A stretch of 64,000 nt of DNA from contig NW_027361687.1 in the NCBI RefSeq assembly GCF_039654945.1, forward strand, positions 62,372,001-62,436,000, given 5' to 3'. The position numbers and the translations under genes are program-made. How positions within the stretch are numbered: position 1 is the first letter of the stretch; the number at the start of each line of letters is the position of its first letter. The notes under the pieces were generated by a model, which worked only from the letters and a program-made list of their open reading frames with translations, did not search any database and was not told the origin of the DNA. Source of the DNA: Dendrobates tinctorius. Taxonomy: Eukaryota. Shown here one piece after another: positions 38,492 to 51,725 of this stretch.

Positions 38492-41400
38492 TACGCTGTG
38501 TAAATTTGGGGGAGATCGATTTAACTTTGCAACCCAGGAGTGAAGTTGCCCACATTCTGAGCATGCCAGACAAGCTGTTTCCATCGGAGACATTACAGCA
38601 GACTGCAAAGCCAGAAGAACCGTGACTGTAAAGGCGGAGGCGGCCACAGACCCCAGATTGCTGCAGGAAGGGCGACAGATACTGGAACACATGCAGGCAG
38701 AGATCTCAGAACTGACCCCTCAGCAGGTTCCCCGAGTGGAAGCCGTTAGGAAAATACCAGGAAGTGTTTACCAGAAACGAAGACTTTGGTCACTCCACGG
38801 CCATCACCCACGAGATACCCACCGGGCATGCGGAACCAATCCGGGAACGGTATCGCCAGATACCCCCACAGATGTATCAGGAGGTAAAGGGGATGCTGTC
38901 ACAGATGTTGAAGAAAGGAGTTATTTGTGAGAGTCAGAGCCCGTGGGCTGCCTCCATCGTCTTGGTGCGGAAGGACGGGTCCTTACGTGGCTGTGTGGAC
39001 TACCACCGGCTCAACGCTTGTACGGTGCGAGACTCGTATCCATTGCCGAGGATAGAGGAGTCCCTGTCGGCGTTAGGGAATGCCAGGTACTTTTCCACGC
39101 TAGATCTGTCCAGCAGCTACTGGCAAGTGCCAATGTCCGAACAAGATCGAGCCAAGACAGCTTTCATCCTTCCGATGGGATTATTTGAGCTCGACTGCAT
39201 GCCCTTCGATCCAGCAAATCCCCCAGGAACGTTTCAATGCCTCATGGAGAGATGTCTAGGAGACCTAAACTTTGAAGCCACCTTAATTTACCTGGATGAT
39301 ATCATCGTCTTTGCCCCCACCTTTGATGAACATCTGCAGAGACTGGAGCAGGTTCTGAGTCAGCTACAGAAGTACGGGTTGAAAGTGAAACCCCAAAAGT
39401 GCCACCTCTTTCGTACCCAGATTTAATACTTGGGGCACGTTGTCTCCGCTGAAGGAGTGAGGCCATCTCAGGAGAAAATAGCTGCAGTACAGGAGTGGCC
39501 GACCCTGAAGACCGTGAAGAATGTGCGTGCATTCCTGGGGCTCACAGGATACTTCCGGCGCTTCGTAAAAGACTTTACCTGCATCACAAATCCCCTTCTG
39601 GAGTTGTTGAGGGGAGTACCCTCTTCTGCAAATAACAGGAACATACAGTGGGGAGAGCGTCAGGAAGAAGCTTTCCTAGCCCTGAAGAAGGCTTTGACGG
39701 AGGCCCCTGTGCTGGCCTATGCTGACTTCACATAGCCATTCATTTTGCATTCCGATGGGAGTCTACAGGGGCTCGGGGCAGTGCTTTTGCAGATGCAGGA
39801 CGGGAAAGAGCGCATCATAGCATACGCCAGTCGGTCCCTACATGATTTGGAAAAAAAATCCAGATAACTACAGTTCATTCAAGCTGGAGTTGTTGGCGCT
39901 GGTGTGGGCGATGACTGAGAAGTTTGGAGTATCTGGCCGGCTCAGAAGTTCACGTGTGTACGTATAACAATCTGTTAGCTCATCTCGAGACAGCAAAGTT
40001 AGGGGCCCTAGAACAACACTGGGTAGCCCGGATGGCAAAGTTCCAATACAGGATCTCCTATAAGAGAGGGGCAGAGAATACTCTTGCTGATGCCCTTTCT
40101 CGAGTGAATTATCGCAAGCCAGCGCCAAGTCGGGATGAAGAGTTGAAGGCTGTGGAAGTCCAAGAGTTTGGAGAAACTGCCAGCTATGCGGGAAACAGAT
40201 CAGGAGGAGACCCATGTGAGTTTGCTGGAGTAACCCCGCAATGAGTGGGTCTGAAAGCAGCAGGAGGACCAGCAGATAGCCCAGTTGAGACGGTGGGTCA
40301 CGTCTAAACAGGTGCCCAGCCATCACGAAAGGAGGTCTGCATCATCTGGAATGCTGAGAATGCTGCGTCAATGGGAAAGGCTTCAGTCGCGGGATGGCAT
40401 CCTGTATCGGAAGATATTCCTCCAATCGGAACTCAGCCTTGTCTGGGAGACGGTGATTCCCTCATCCTTGGTAGACCAGGCGGGTACAGAAGCACATGAA
40501 AAAGGAGCACATTTTGGTCCGGAAAAAACCTTTCAATAGTTACAGCGTCTGTTTTACCATCCCAATCTGAGGAACGTCATGGAAAGAGTCTGCCAGCAGT
40601 GCCGGAGTTGTGAACTGGTCAAACCACCTGAATAGCGGGCTCCCACAGAGACGGTGAAGGCCTCTGGACCTTTGGATCTGCTGGCCATAGATTACCTGAC
40701 GATCGGGCCAGCGCATCAGGGCTATGAGCACTGTTTAGTGATGATAGACCACTTTATTAAATTTGCCTACTGACGCGTACACGGGACCAGACTGCCGAGT
40801 CTGCTGCCTACGCAATCTGCAATCATTTCATACAGCTGTATGGGTGCCCCAAACGTATCCACTCTGATCAGGGGGCCTGTTTGCTCGGAAAAGTGATAGA
40901 GGAGCTGCACCAGCTGTGTAAGATCAATAAGTCCTGGACAAACCCCTATCACCCACAGGGGAATGGAGCTTGTGAGAGATTTAGTCGCACCCTAATCCAA
41001 ATGCTGCGGACCCTGGAAAAGGATCAGAAGGCACGATGGACTGAATTCGACCCGAAATTGGTGTGGATATATAACAATCGTAAACACTGCACCACCGGCT
41101 TCACACCCTACTCTCTATTCTTTGGACAGCTCGGGAAAGAGTTGGCAGAGTTGGAGTTAGAGCCCGAGGAGGACTACCCACAGATGGGGGTGTACTCATG
41201 GGTTTGAGAACACAGTCGTCGGCTACTGACTGTCCATCGACTAGTGCAGAACCAGCTACAGGAGTTGGAACATCCTCAAGCAACCCCTCAAAAGGGAACA
41301 GCTCTACGGCCTGGAGACTGAGTCTTGGTGAGAGAAAAACACCCACACAATTGGAGTACCGGTGGGAGAAGAATCCGTACAGGATGAAGCGGCGACTTGG

Positions 41401-42211
41401 TAACAAAGATCCCGTCTGAGGTCCAGCCAGAATCTGAGGAAGGGGCCCCCACTCGCACGCTGCATCAAAATACAGTATGTTGCGACCATGTTTGTCTCGA
41501 AATCCTGAACTAGTGTAAGTGGCCCCAGCACCCCCACAGGCCGTTCCAGTGATAGATGTTGATGTTAATGACGAGGAACACTCCCAACTTCCCCCGTGGG
41601 ATGCGGAAACAGGGCTGGTGACTGAAACTACCAACATGCCGGGAGTGATCCCGACTCCCGTTCCTCCCGCAACAGCTGACACTGCTGCTCCTTCTGATTT
41701 GCGACGCTCTGAACGTTCAACGGCTGATGTACCCCCCGCTCGCTATAACCGAGATCAGTTTGTCTGGCAGCAGATTTTCCAAGGATTGGAAGACTGTCAA
41801 CGAGAACTTCAGCAACTCTCGCCCGTGGAATGGCGAGCAAAAAGAGAGGGAGAATTTAAGGGGGTGAAGCACAAGAAGAATCAGAAGGGGGTTTTCTCCT
41901 CTGCTCCGTGCCCGGAACTACATAGCCGGGTTGCCCCGGGGGAAGACTTTTAGACTTGGACCGTCTGCATCATGTGTCTGTCAGAAGCAGTGGGGAAGGT
42001 GAAGGGGCGCAGCACAGGAAGTAGTGCAGGCTGAGGGTGCGAAAAGGGAGCGCGCGAGTCAGAGCAGCGTGTGCAGCAGAAAGAGCAGGTCGCAGCCACG
42101 CGCACCAGAAGAGAGATGACTCCCGGTCAGAGGGCTAAGACAGGAGGACGTGACATAGAAACTGCTGTCTGTGAGTACGTGGACGCGGAGTCACCGTTGA
42201 GTAGAGGAGTA

Positions 42212-43772
42212 CAGTCATGGCCAAAAGTTTTGAGAATGACACAAATATTATATTTTCACATGATCTGCTGGCCTCTGGTTTTTATGTGTGTTTGTCAGAT
42301 GTTTTTATCACATACAGAAATATAATTGCAATCATATTATGAGTAGCAAAAGGTTATATTGACAGTTAGAATGAGTTAATGCAGCAAGTCAATATTTGCA
42401 GTGTTGACCCTTCTTCTTCAGGACCTCAGCAATTCTCCCTGGCATGCTCTTAATCAACTTCTGGATCAAATCCTGACTGATAGCAGTCCATTCTTGCAAA
42501 ATCAATGCTTTTATTTTGTCTGAATTTGAAGGTTTTTGTTTGTCCACCCGTCTCTTGATGATTGACCACAAGTTCTCAATGGGATTAAGATCTGGGGAGT
42601 TTCCAGGCCATGGTCCCAAAATCTCTGTTTTGTTCCCTGAGCCATTTAGTTATCACCTTTGCTTTATGGCAAGGTGATCCATCATGTTGAAAAAGGCATT
42701 GTTGATCGCCAAACTGCTCTTGGACGGTTGGGAGAAGTTGCTCTTGGAGGACATTCTGGTACCATTCTTTATTCATGGCTGTGTTTTTAGGCAAGACTGA
42801 GAGAGAGCCCATTCCCTTGGCTGAGAAGCAACCCCACACATGAATGGTTTCAGGATGCTTGACAGTTGGCATGAGACAAGACTGGTGGTAGCGCTCACCT
42901 GGTCTTCTCCGAATAAGCCGTTTTCCAGATGTCCGAAACAATCGAAAAGGGGATTCATCAGAGAAAATGACTTTACCCCAGTCCTCAGCAGTCCACTCCC
43001 TGTACCTCTTGCAGAATATCAGTCTGTCCATGATGTTTTTCCTGGAGAGAAGTGGCTTCTTTGCTGCCCTCGAGACCAGGCCTTGCTCCAAGAGTCTCCG
43101 CCTCACAGTGCGTGCAGATGCACTCACACCTGCCTGCTGCCATTCCTGAGCAAGCTCTGCACTGCTGGTAGCCCGATCCCGCAGCTGAAACACTTTTAAG
43201 AGACTGTCCTGGAGCTTGCTGGTCTTTCTTGGGCGCCGTGGAGCTTTTTGGCAACAAGGGAACCTCTCTCCTTGAAGTTCTTGATGATGCGATAGATTGT
43301 TGACTGAGGTGCAATCTTTCTAGCTGCGATACTCTTCCCTGTTAGGCCATTTTTGTGCAGTGCAATGATGACTGCACGTGTTTCTTTAGAGATAACCATG
43401 GTTAACAGAAGAGAAACAATGATGCCAAGCACCAGCCTCCTTTTAAAGTGTCCAGTGGTGTCATTCTTACTTAATCATGACAGATTAATCTCCAGCCCTG
43501 TCCTCATCAACACCCACACCTGTGTTAATGGAGCAATCACTGAAACGATGTTAGCTGGTCCTTTTAAGGCAGGGCTGCAATGATGTTGAAATGTGTTTTG
43601 GGGGATAAAGTTCATTTTCTAGGCAAATATTGACTTTGCAAGTAATTGCTGTTAAGCTGATCACTCTTTATAACATTCTGGAGTATATGCAAATTGCCAT
43701 TAGAAAAAATGAAGCAGTAGACTTTGTAAAAATTAATATTTGTGTCATTCTCAAAACTTTTGGCCATGACTG
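42212..43772 (-). mobile_element. Tc1-superfamily transposon with short TIRs, frameshifted, inserted in the 3' LTR of A
   Basis: TIR CAGTCATGGCCAAAAGTTTTGAGAATGACACAAATATTA on both ends with TA TSD. Fragments FSDES, FQHDGSPCH and [12 protein letters not shown]. Confidence 0.92.
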
Positions 43773-44290
43773 TACATCCTCCTGACCGTTCAGAGACGCA
43801 GGCCAGGTGCTCGCGGTGACTGGTCAGAGCCCCTGATTCTGGCTGAGAGACTTAACAAAGGACGGAACATCTTTCCTGCAGAGAGACTGTTAGTTTGAAA
43901 GCAAAGACTCAGAGCAGGGGAGATCTAGATGCACAGCGTCCCCCCTGCCTCCCGCTTTAACCCCTGAGGCCCCGTTTACCTGCTACAAAGACTACAGAGC
44001 TTACAGAGACTACAAGTGCCGCTGTTGACGGCGCCTACGTTGGAGAAGACGACCCTACAATCAAGATTATCAGACTGATAAGTTGCAAGAATACCCGTTA
44101 ATTATCGTTGTTCTGCTTGACTGTTTGATAACTTTGTCTAATTTTCGTATACCGTTAAATCACTATTACCTTGGCAATTTAACCCCCATTGTTTTCTCAC
44201 TGCGAGATTTTGACCCCTGTAAATAAACCCTTTAACTTTTGGTCTGTCTCTGTTCTGTAGTGACATACTCAGCACCTGCACGTTATTTCA

Positions 44291-45000
44291 GTCAGTCCAT
44301 GTCCTACTGGTCAGTCCCTGGTGGTATATTGGTACAGTCTGTTCATATGTCTTATCGCTCAGTCCCCAGTGGTATAGTGGTACAACCAGTCCATATGTCC
44401 AACTGCTCAGTCCCCGGTGGTATAGTGGTACATTCAGTCCAGATGTCCTACTGCTCAGTCCCTGGTGGTATAGTGGTACAGTCAGTCCATATGTCCTACT
44501 GGTCAGTCCCTGGTGGTATATTGGTACAGTCTGTTCATGTCTTATCGCTCAGTCCCCAGTGGTATAGTGGTACAGCCAGTCCAATATGTCCTACTGCTCA
44601 GTCCCTGGTGGTATAGTGGTACAAACAGTCCATATGTCATACTGCTCAGTCCTCGGTGGTATAGTGGTGCAGTCAGTCCATATGTCCTACTGCTCAGTTC
44701 CTGGTGGTATAATGGTACAGCCAGTCCATATGTCCTACTGCTCAGTCCTCGGTGTAGTGGTACAGACCGTCCATATGTCCTACTGCTCAGTCCCTGGTGG
44801 CATAGTGGTACAGACAGTCCATATGTCCTACTGCTCAGTCCCCAATGGTATAGTGGTACAGGCAGTCCATATGTCCTACTGCTCAGTTCCCAGTGGTACA
44901 GTCCGTCCATATATCCTACTGCTCAGTCCCTGGTGTTATAGGGGTACAGCCAGTCCACATGTTCTACTGCTCAGTCCCTGGTGGCATAGTGGTACAGTCA
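44291..45000. repeat. 48-bp minisatellite, right part
   Basis: Same unit as 24075-24995. Confidence 0.92.
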
Positions 45001-45506
45001 GTGCTAACTCCAATATGGTGTATTGTCTTTTGCTGGTTATACACTGATCCCACATTCCCAATTTCTTTTGAATAATACTGTGTGTCCGGACTATCAGACG
45101 CCGGACTAATGGATTTGAACAGTGCAGACTTCCTTTTCGCCAAAATGAAGGACACAATATGGAGGACGGTGTAAACTTTATTTTATTCACTAGAAATGAA
45201 GAGTGCACAGATACAAGAGGGGCCAAAGCTCCAGACAGCAACCAAGACCCAGAAACTGAGAGAAATCAAGGGTCTTAATGGGAGGAGTTTCAATTTTACA
45301 TATGGAACGAAGTCTCAACAGTGCTGATCCTGGGCTCCAGAGCTGTATTCACAATTCTGTAGATATCAGAGCCAAAATTTCCCAGCATTCCCTGATTTTC
45401 AGAGTCTTCCGTCGAGGATTTAAAGGTCAGACCCCCACCAATCAGACGTGTCGCCTTCCGCCAGTTGTTAAAGAATATACCTTTAAGTGGGCTATACTAC
45501 TATTAA

Positions 45507-45734
45507 AGGGGCGTTCTTTTAATTCTAAGTTATAACCTATTCTTAGGATAAGTTATACTTTGTAGATTGTTGGGGTCTGACATCTGAGACGCCCCAGAGC
45601 AGCAGAGCCAGTATGCACAGCTGTACATCATTGGCTGATTCATAAGGACTCCCCCTAGTGGTGAGGCAGGTGTACTGCAAGCAGGAAATAAAACGCTGCT
45701 CCGACTAGAACATTACTTGGATTTTGTGCGACCT
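45507..45734. mobile_element. Kolobok/T2-like MITE (TTAA-AGG..CCT-TTAA)
   Basis: TTAA flanks at 45503-45506 and 45735-45738 with AGG/CCT termini; interior is degenerate. Confidence 0.5.
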
Positions 45735-46322
45735 TTAAACTTCCTCTGTCACAACCCAAGGACAACTCTTTAACCATTATGGCAACATCCGACAGAAGTA
45801 CTGATTTAGTGACATGGCGGGCACTGCTTTTTTCAGATAAACGCCTCTTGGATGTAGTCAGCTTAGATCAGAAGATCAATGATCGGGGGAGATAGGCTGC
45901 ATAGTGGCCCCCTATAAATATTGTGCAGGTGTCTGCTGCCACCTTGTGGCGAATAATAACACTGCTGGAATCTTCATTTCTCAGCATGTTAACCCTAATC
46001 ATGGCAGTTAGCCTATACTTTATCATCCCACATGTAGGGCCTTATATGACACGGTGATATTCCTTAGTTAGTAAAAAAAAAAAAAAAAAAAAGTATATTG
46101 TAAAAGAAGTATTTATAGCCAAGGCTTCTCCACCCGGTAAGGTCTGGGCAACCTTTAATCGGCTGCACTTGGCTTCCATTGAAATTCAGACATCGGAAAA
46201 CACAGAAAATAATACAATACGGGAGGATCAGTGGTAGGTCCGCACACACCGGCATCGGGGATGGAGGCCGGCCTTCATAGGTGTCAATGGGGGGATAACA
46301 GTCCATGTGGATCCAGAGTCGC

Positions 46323-46379
46323 TCAGCAAGCAGAAACCTGGTTCAGGGGCTCCTCGAGGTACTGCACCAAAGCCTGGGC
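46323..46379 (-). CDS. lamtor2: Ragulator complex protein LAMTOR2, coding exon 4 (AQALVQYLEEPLNQVSAC*)
   Basis: AG acceptor at 46380-46381, TGA at 46323-46325. The spliced CDS is 68+163+90+57 = 378 nt = 125 aa. Confidence 0.95.
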   Translation of the reverse strand, partial: AQALVQYLEEPLNQVSAC

Positions 46380-46609
46380 CTGGGAAAACAACACAGCGGC
46401 TAATGGACAGCCCCTTTATTAAAGTCACTCCCCCTCTATGCACTGCAGGGACTGTCTCACAAACTTTTACACATTGGTCCTGGACAAGCAGTGCTGCAGT
46501 GTAAAGCATGGGAGCGCCTTCACTATCCATAACATATATATCCATCATGGATGACGTCCAGGACCTGCAGCGACTGGAGCCTAGGGCAGAAGGAAGGACG
46601 GTCACTCAC

Positions 46610-46699
46610 CTTTGCTTTTAGCATGCCAAATCCGACAGTCTCCTTGGCATACATGCACAGCAGCAGGTTGGACACTCTTGTAATCGCCACGCGACCTTC
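46610..46699 (-). CDS. lamtor2: LAMTOR2 coding exon 3 ([30 protein letters not shown])
   Basis: 90 nt with AG/GTGAGT boundaries; near-identical to the human protein as recalled. Confidence 0.96.
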
Positions 46700-47101
46700 C
46701 TGGGGGAGAAGCAGCAAAATACAAGGGTACAGGAGAGAGTGGAGAGTGGAGATCGTTATGAAGAAGACCAGTCTCTTAACTAGTGAGCTGAGACTTGGTA
46801 TGGTCTTTACCTAGGGGCGTGGCTCAAAAAGTAATTATGCAAAGCAGCCTAAAGACACGCCCCAGAGGATCCTGAGAGACATGCCCCCCCCTCCTCCTCA
46901 GGAGAGCAGCCCAAACTGAAACAAAAAATGGCCACTTTTCACATGCTGACATGTCCTCCTTAAAGCACCCCATTCCACTAGGCAGGTCTCTATACCTGAC
47001 CCTCTGTTGGGGGCATCCCACCCAATCAGTGCTCAAAATAGCAGACTAATCAGTAGTACCCTCATCTACAAAGCGAGAGGCCGTAAGTCTACTTAAACTA
47101 A

Positions 47102-48059
47102 CCCCTTCCTTACCAGGCCATTATTTTGTCATCCCCTATCCCGTCCCTTTTTGAAAGTTTGACCCAACTGTTCTATTTTCTGGCAATATGGCCGTATGAG
47201 GGCGCGGTTTTTGTAGGACGAGTGGTAGTTTTGACTGTCTCCATTGATTTTACCATATAGCGTAAATAAAAATAATTCCAAATGGGGGGAAATGAAAAAG
47301 GAATCCACCACTGAACGTTTGGTAAAAAAAAGAAAAAAAATTCAAATCACCCCCATTAAAAAAAAAACAATTACAAAAATACACATATTTGGTGTCTGTT
47401 GCGTTGATAAATGCCCGAACTATCAAAATATAACATAAATTAACCCGATCGGTAAACAGCGCAATTAAAAAAAAAAAAAAAAAAAAAAAATACAAAATGA
47501 CAGAATTATGGCTTTTTGGCCCCAGTAACATTGCAATAAGAGGCGATCAAAATGGTTATCAGCAAAAACTTCAGCTCAGGGTGCAAAAAATAAGCCCTCA
47601 CCCAGCCCCATATTACCAAAACTGAAAACGTTCTGGGTCTTGGAAGATGGCGACTCAAGCAAAAAAAAAAAATGTAAATTTTTTTTTACAAATCTCAGAC
47701 TTTTTTTCCCACACAAATAAAAATAAACTACACATGTTGGGTGTCTGCGAACTCGTACTGACCTGGGGAACCATAATGGCAGGTAAGTTTTACCATATAA
47801 CGAATGTAGAAATTAACATTTTAAAAAAAAAAAAAAAAATGTGGAATTTCAAAGCACTTGGAATGTTTTTCTCCTTTTCCAGGACACTATGTGGTGGAAT
47901 AAATGGTGTCATTCAAAAGTGCAACTCGTCCTGCAAAAAACGGGCCCCCACACGGCTATGGGGACAGAGAAACAAAAAACTTGTGGCTCTTGGAAGAAAG
48001 AGAGAAAAAAACGAAGCGGAGAAAAAAAAAAAAACGGAAATGTCCCGGGGGTGAAGGGG
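47102..48059. mobile_element. piggyBac-like non-autonomous element (CCCCTTC..GAAGGGG) in lamtor2 intron 2
   Basis: Terminal CCCCTTC / GAAGGGG and an A/T-run-rich interior with internal repeats; TTAA flanks are not intact. Confidence 0.5.
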
Positions 48060-48092
48060 ACACCTGCCGTCACCCCCTCAAGCGATACCCAC

Positions 48093-48255
48093 CATACAGT
48101 CCATAAGGATGAACTTAAGGTTATCCTCATTGAATGCCTGATGTCCGTTTTTATCATAGGCAGCCCAAATGTTGCTAGCAATAGCAGCTGTAACTCGGGC
48201 ATCTGTGTCACCATAGCCAGAATACGCAAGTAGAGAGCCTTCATTATTCAGGAGC
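48093..48255 (-). CDS. lamtor2: LAMTOR2 coding exon 2 ([54 protein letters not shown])
   Basis: 163 nt, AG/GT boundaries, in frame with the neighbouring exons. Confidence 0.96.
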
Positions 48256-48474
48256 CTGTGGGGAGGAAGACAAGATAGTCACATACGGGAGACACCGCAC
48301 CGCAGGAGGAACAGTGACGGGAAAGGAACAATAAATCATCAGGAGAGGAAGACATTCTCCTGCGCACAGCATACTTCCTGTCCTGATTCTCTCATTCTCT
48401 GATCCTGCCCCAACAGCCACTCCGTAATCAGGGAAAGCGGCAGTCACTTAAGTCAGGGGAAAATCAACCAATGG

Positions 48475-50845
48475 TTATACCAGAGGGCACTCCTGGTGGG
48501 ATCTGGATAGGTCGTTGGTATAGGGGGCGCTCCTGGTGGGATCTGAATAGGTCGGTGGTATAGGGGCCGCTCCTGGAGGGATGTGGATAGGTTGGTGGTA
48601 TTGGGGCCGCTCCTGGTGGGATCTGGATAGGTTGGTGGTATTGGGGGCGCTCCTGGTGGGATCTGGATAGGTTGGTGGTATAGGGGCCACTCCTGGAGGG
48701 ATGTGGATAGGTTGGTGGTATTGGGGCCGCTCCTGGTGGGATCTGGATAGGTTGGTGGGATCTGGATAGTTCGGTGGTATAGAAGCCGCTCCTGGTGGGA
48801 TCGGGTTAGGTTGGTGGTATTGGGGCTGCTCCTGGTGGGATCTGGATAGGTTGGTGGTATAGGGGGACCTCCTGGTGGGATCTGGAAAGGAGGGTAATAT
48901 AGGGGGCGCTCCTGGTGGGATCTGGATAGGTTGGTGGTATAGGGGGCGCTCCTGGTGGGATCTGGATAGGTCGGTGGTATAGGGGGCACTCCTGGTGGGA
49001 TCCGGATAGGTCGGTGGTATAGGGCGCGTTCCTGGTGGGATCCGGATAGGTCGGTGGTATAGGGCGCGTTCCTGGTGGGATCCGGATAGGTCGGTGGTAT
49101 TGGGGGCGCTCCTGGTGGGATCCGGATAGGTTGGTGGTATTGGGGGGCTCTCCAGGTGGGATCCGGATAGGTTGGTGGTATTGGGGGGCGCTCCAGGTGG
49201 GATCCGGATAGGTCGGTGGTATTGGGGGCGCTCCAGGTGGGATCCGGATAGGTCGGTGGTATAGGGTGCGCTCCTGGTGGGATCTGGATAGGTTGTTGGT
49301 ATAGGGGGCTCTCCTGGTGGGATCTGGATAGGTTGGTGGTATAGGGTGCGCTCCTGGTGGGATCTGGATAGGTCGTTGGTATATGGGGCTCTCCTGGTGG
49401 GATCTGGATAGGTCGGTGGTATAGGGGGTGCTCCTGGTGGGATCTAGATAGGTCGGTGGTATAGGGGGTGCTTCTGGTGGGATCTGGATAGGTCGGTGGT
49501 ATAGGGAGCTCTCCTGGTGGGATCTGGATAGGTCGGTGGTATAGGGTGCGCTCCTGGTGGGATCTGGATAGGTCGGTGGTATAGGGGGCGCTCCTAGTGG
49601 GATCTGGATAGGATGTTGGTATAGGAGGTGCTCCTGGTGGGATCTGGATAGGTCGGTGGTATAGAGGGTGCTCCTGGTGGGATCTGGATAGGTCGGTTGT
49701 ATAGGGGGCGCTCCTGGTGGGATCTGGATAGGTCGTGGTATAGGAGGCTCTCCTGGTGGGATCTGGATAGGTTGTTGGTATAGGAGGCGCTCCCGGTGGG
49801 CTCTGGATAGGTCGTTGGTATATGGGGCGCTCCTGGTGGGATCTGGATAGGTCATTGGTATAGGGGGCGCTCCTGGTGGGATCTGGATAGGTCGGTGGTA
49901 TAGGGTGCGCTCCTGGTGGGATCTGGATAGGTCAGTGGTATAGCGTGCGCTCCTGGTGGGATCTGGATAGGTCATTGGTATAGGAGGCGCTCCTGGTGGG
50001 ATCTGGATAGGTCATTGGTATAGGAGGCGCTCCTGGTGGGATCTGGATAGGTCTGTGTTATAGGGGGCGCTCCTGGTGGGATCTGGATAGGTCGGTGGTA
50101 TAGGGGGCGCTCCTGGTGGGATCTGGATAGGTCGGTGGTATAGGGTGCGCTCCTGGTGGGATCTGGATAGGTCTGTGTTATAGGGGGCGCTCCTGGTGGG
50201 ATCTGGATAGGTCGGTGGTATAGGGTGCGCTCCTGGTGGGATCTGGATAGGTCTGTGGTATAGGGGGCGCTCCTGGTGGGATCTGGATAGGTCGGTGGTA
50301 TAGGGGGCGCTCCTGGTGGGATCTGGATAGGTCGGTGGTATAGGGGGCGCTCCTAGTGGGATCTGGATAGGTCTGTGGTATAGGGGGCGCTCCTGGTGGG
50401 ATCTGGATAGGTCGGTGGTATAGGGGGCGCTCCTGGTGGGATCTGGATAGGTCATTGGTATAGGGGGCGCTCCTGGTGGGATCTGGATAGGTCATTGGTA
50501 TAGGGGGCGCTCCTGGTGGGATCTGGATAGGTCATTGGTATAGGGCGAACTCCTGGTGGGATCTGGATAGGTCTGTGTTATAGGGGGTGCTCCTGGTGGG
50601 ATCTGGATAGGTCGGTGGTAAAGGGGGAGCTCCTGGTGGGATCTGGATAGGTCATTGGTATAGGGGGCGCTCCTGGTGGGATCTGGATAGGTCATTGGTA
50701 TAGGGGGAACTCCTGGTGGGATCTGGATAGGTCTGTGTTATAGGGGGTGCTCCTGGTGGGATCTGGATAGATCGGTGGTATAGGGGGAGCTCCTGGTGGG
50801 ATCTGGATAGGTCATTGGTATAGGGGGCGCTCCTGGTGGGATCTG
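48475..50845. repeat. 40-bp G-rich minisatellite in lamtor2 intron 1
   Basis: Unit CTCCTGGTGGGATCTGGATAGGTCGGTGGTATAGGGGGCG. Confidence 0.95.
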
Positions 50846-50966
50846 TCAGGGGATCTACTTATCCAGATGACACTAGGAGTGACCGGTGGTGGAGGGGGGT
50901 ACCCTAGTAAAGTGGTGAATAACAGAGAGCAATGGCACTCACAGTGCAGGATGGACTCATACTCAC

Positions 50967-51034
50967 AGAGTGCTCTGCACGCCCCCAGTGTTGGCCTGGC
51001 TTAGAACCTGGGTCAGAGCTTTGGGACGCAACAT
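50967..51034 (-). CDS. lamtor2: LAMTOR2 coding exon 1 (MLRPKALTQVLSQANTGGVQSTL)
   Basis: ATG at 51034-51032, 68 nt, GTGAGT donor. Confidence 0.96.
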
Positions 51035-51594
51035 AATAATCTTCCTGCAGCAGGTCCACACGACGAACAGCCTCACAAGTACCAGCGGTCATGTGGCGAG
51101 CCAAACCCCTGCCCCTGCATTGCATGCTGGGAAATGCAGTCCGGAATCAGGAATTTATTTTTGGTTTGATAATTTAGCTCAAGTATCAGTTTATAAAACA
51201 TAAACCTTAAACATTTTAATGAAGTCATTAGAATAACATCATTTTGAAGCTCAGCGATTGGAATAAACTGCTAGAAAGTTGTGTAGCCCTGGTAACGGTC
51301 CAAGCCCTGCGTATCAAGCCTCGTTTACGTTTATACATTTCAACTATAGCTTTGATTGGTTGGAGACTTTCGTACGTTCCAAGGAGCTGAGTCTTGATTG
51401 GAGAGCTTGAATCAGCTGGTCGCGGGAATGACGCAGCATCATTCGTCTGAGCTGGGTCCCCCGCACCGCCAGATGGCGATGGAGAGTCTGGTAACTAAAA
51501 CAAAGCACGGAGTTGTCTGTGTCGCGGTAGCCGGCTACACTTCTCTTTTTTTTTTGCTCCTCCTCGGGGTGGGCGGGTGCACACAAGATGGCGG
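51035..51594. promoter_or_regulatory. Bidirectional lamtor2/ubqln4 promoter
   Basis: ~550 bp between the divergent ATGs, CpG-rich. ATTGG boxes at ~51355 and ~51397, GC box at 51571, YY1 motif CAAGATGGCGG at 51584-51594. Confidence 0.75.
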
Positions 51595-51725
51595 AGAGCG
51601 GCGCTGACGGTGCAGCCTCCGGTAACCCCGGACAGGCGCCGGGTAAAGGCTTTATTCGGGTCACAGTGAAGACACCCAAGGACAAGGAGGAGATCGTGAT
51701 CGGAGAGACGGCGTGTGTGCGGGAG
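51588..51725 (+). CDS. ubqln4: Ubiquilin-4 coding exon 1 (MAES..IRVTVKTPKDKEEIVIGETACVRE); later exons lie beyond the window
   Basis: The start of the UBL domain matches human UBQLN4 IRVTVKTPKDKEEIVI. Phase-0 donor GAG|GTGAG. Synteny with lamtor2 and rab25 supports the call. Confidence 0.9.

Noticed and set aside
46154-46159. ATTAAA polyA signal for lamtor2 (minus strand)
   Set aside because: Plausible, but cannot be distinguished from alternatives (e.g. ~45177) without transcript data.
48453-50695. Proline-rich extensin/adhesive-like ORFs
   Set aside because: They are translations of the 40-bp minisatellite inside lamtor2 intron 1.
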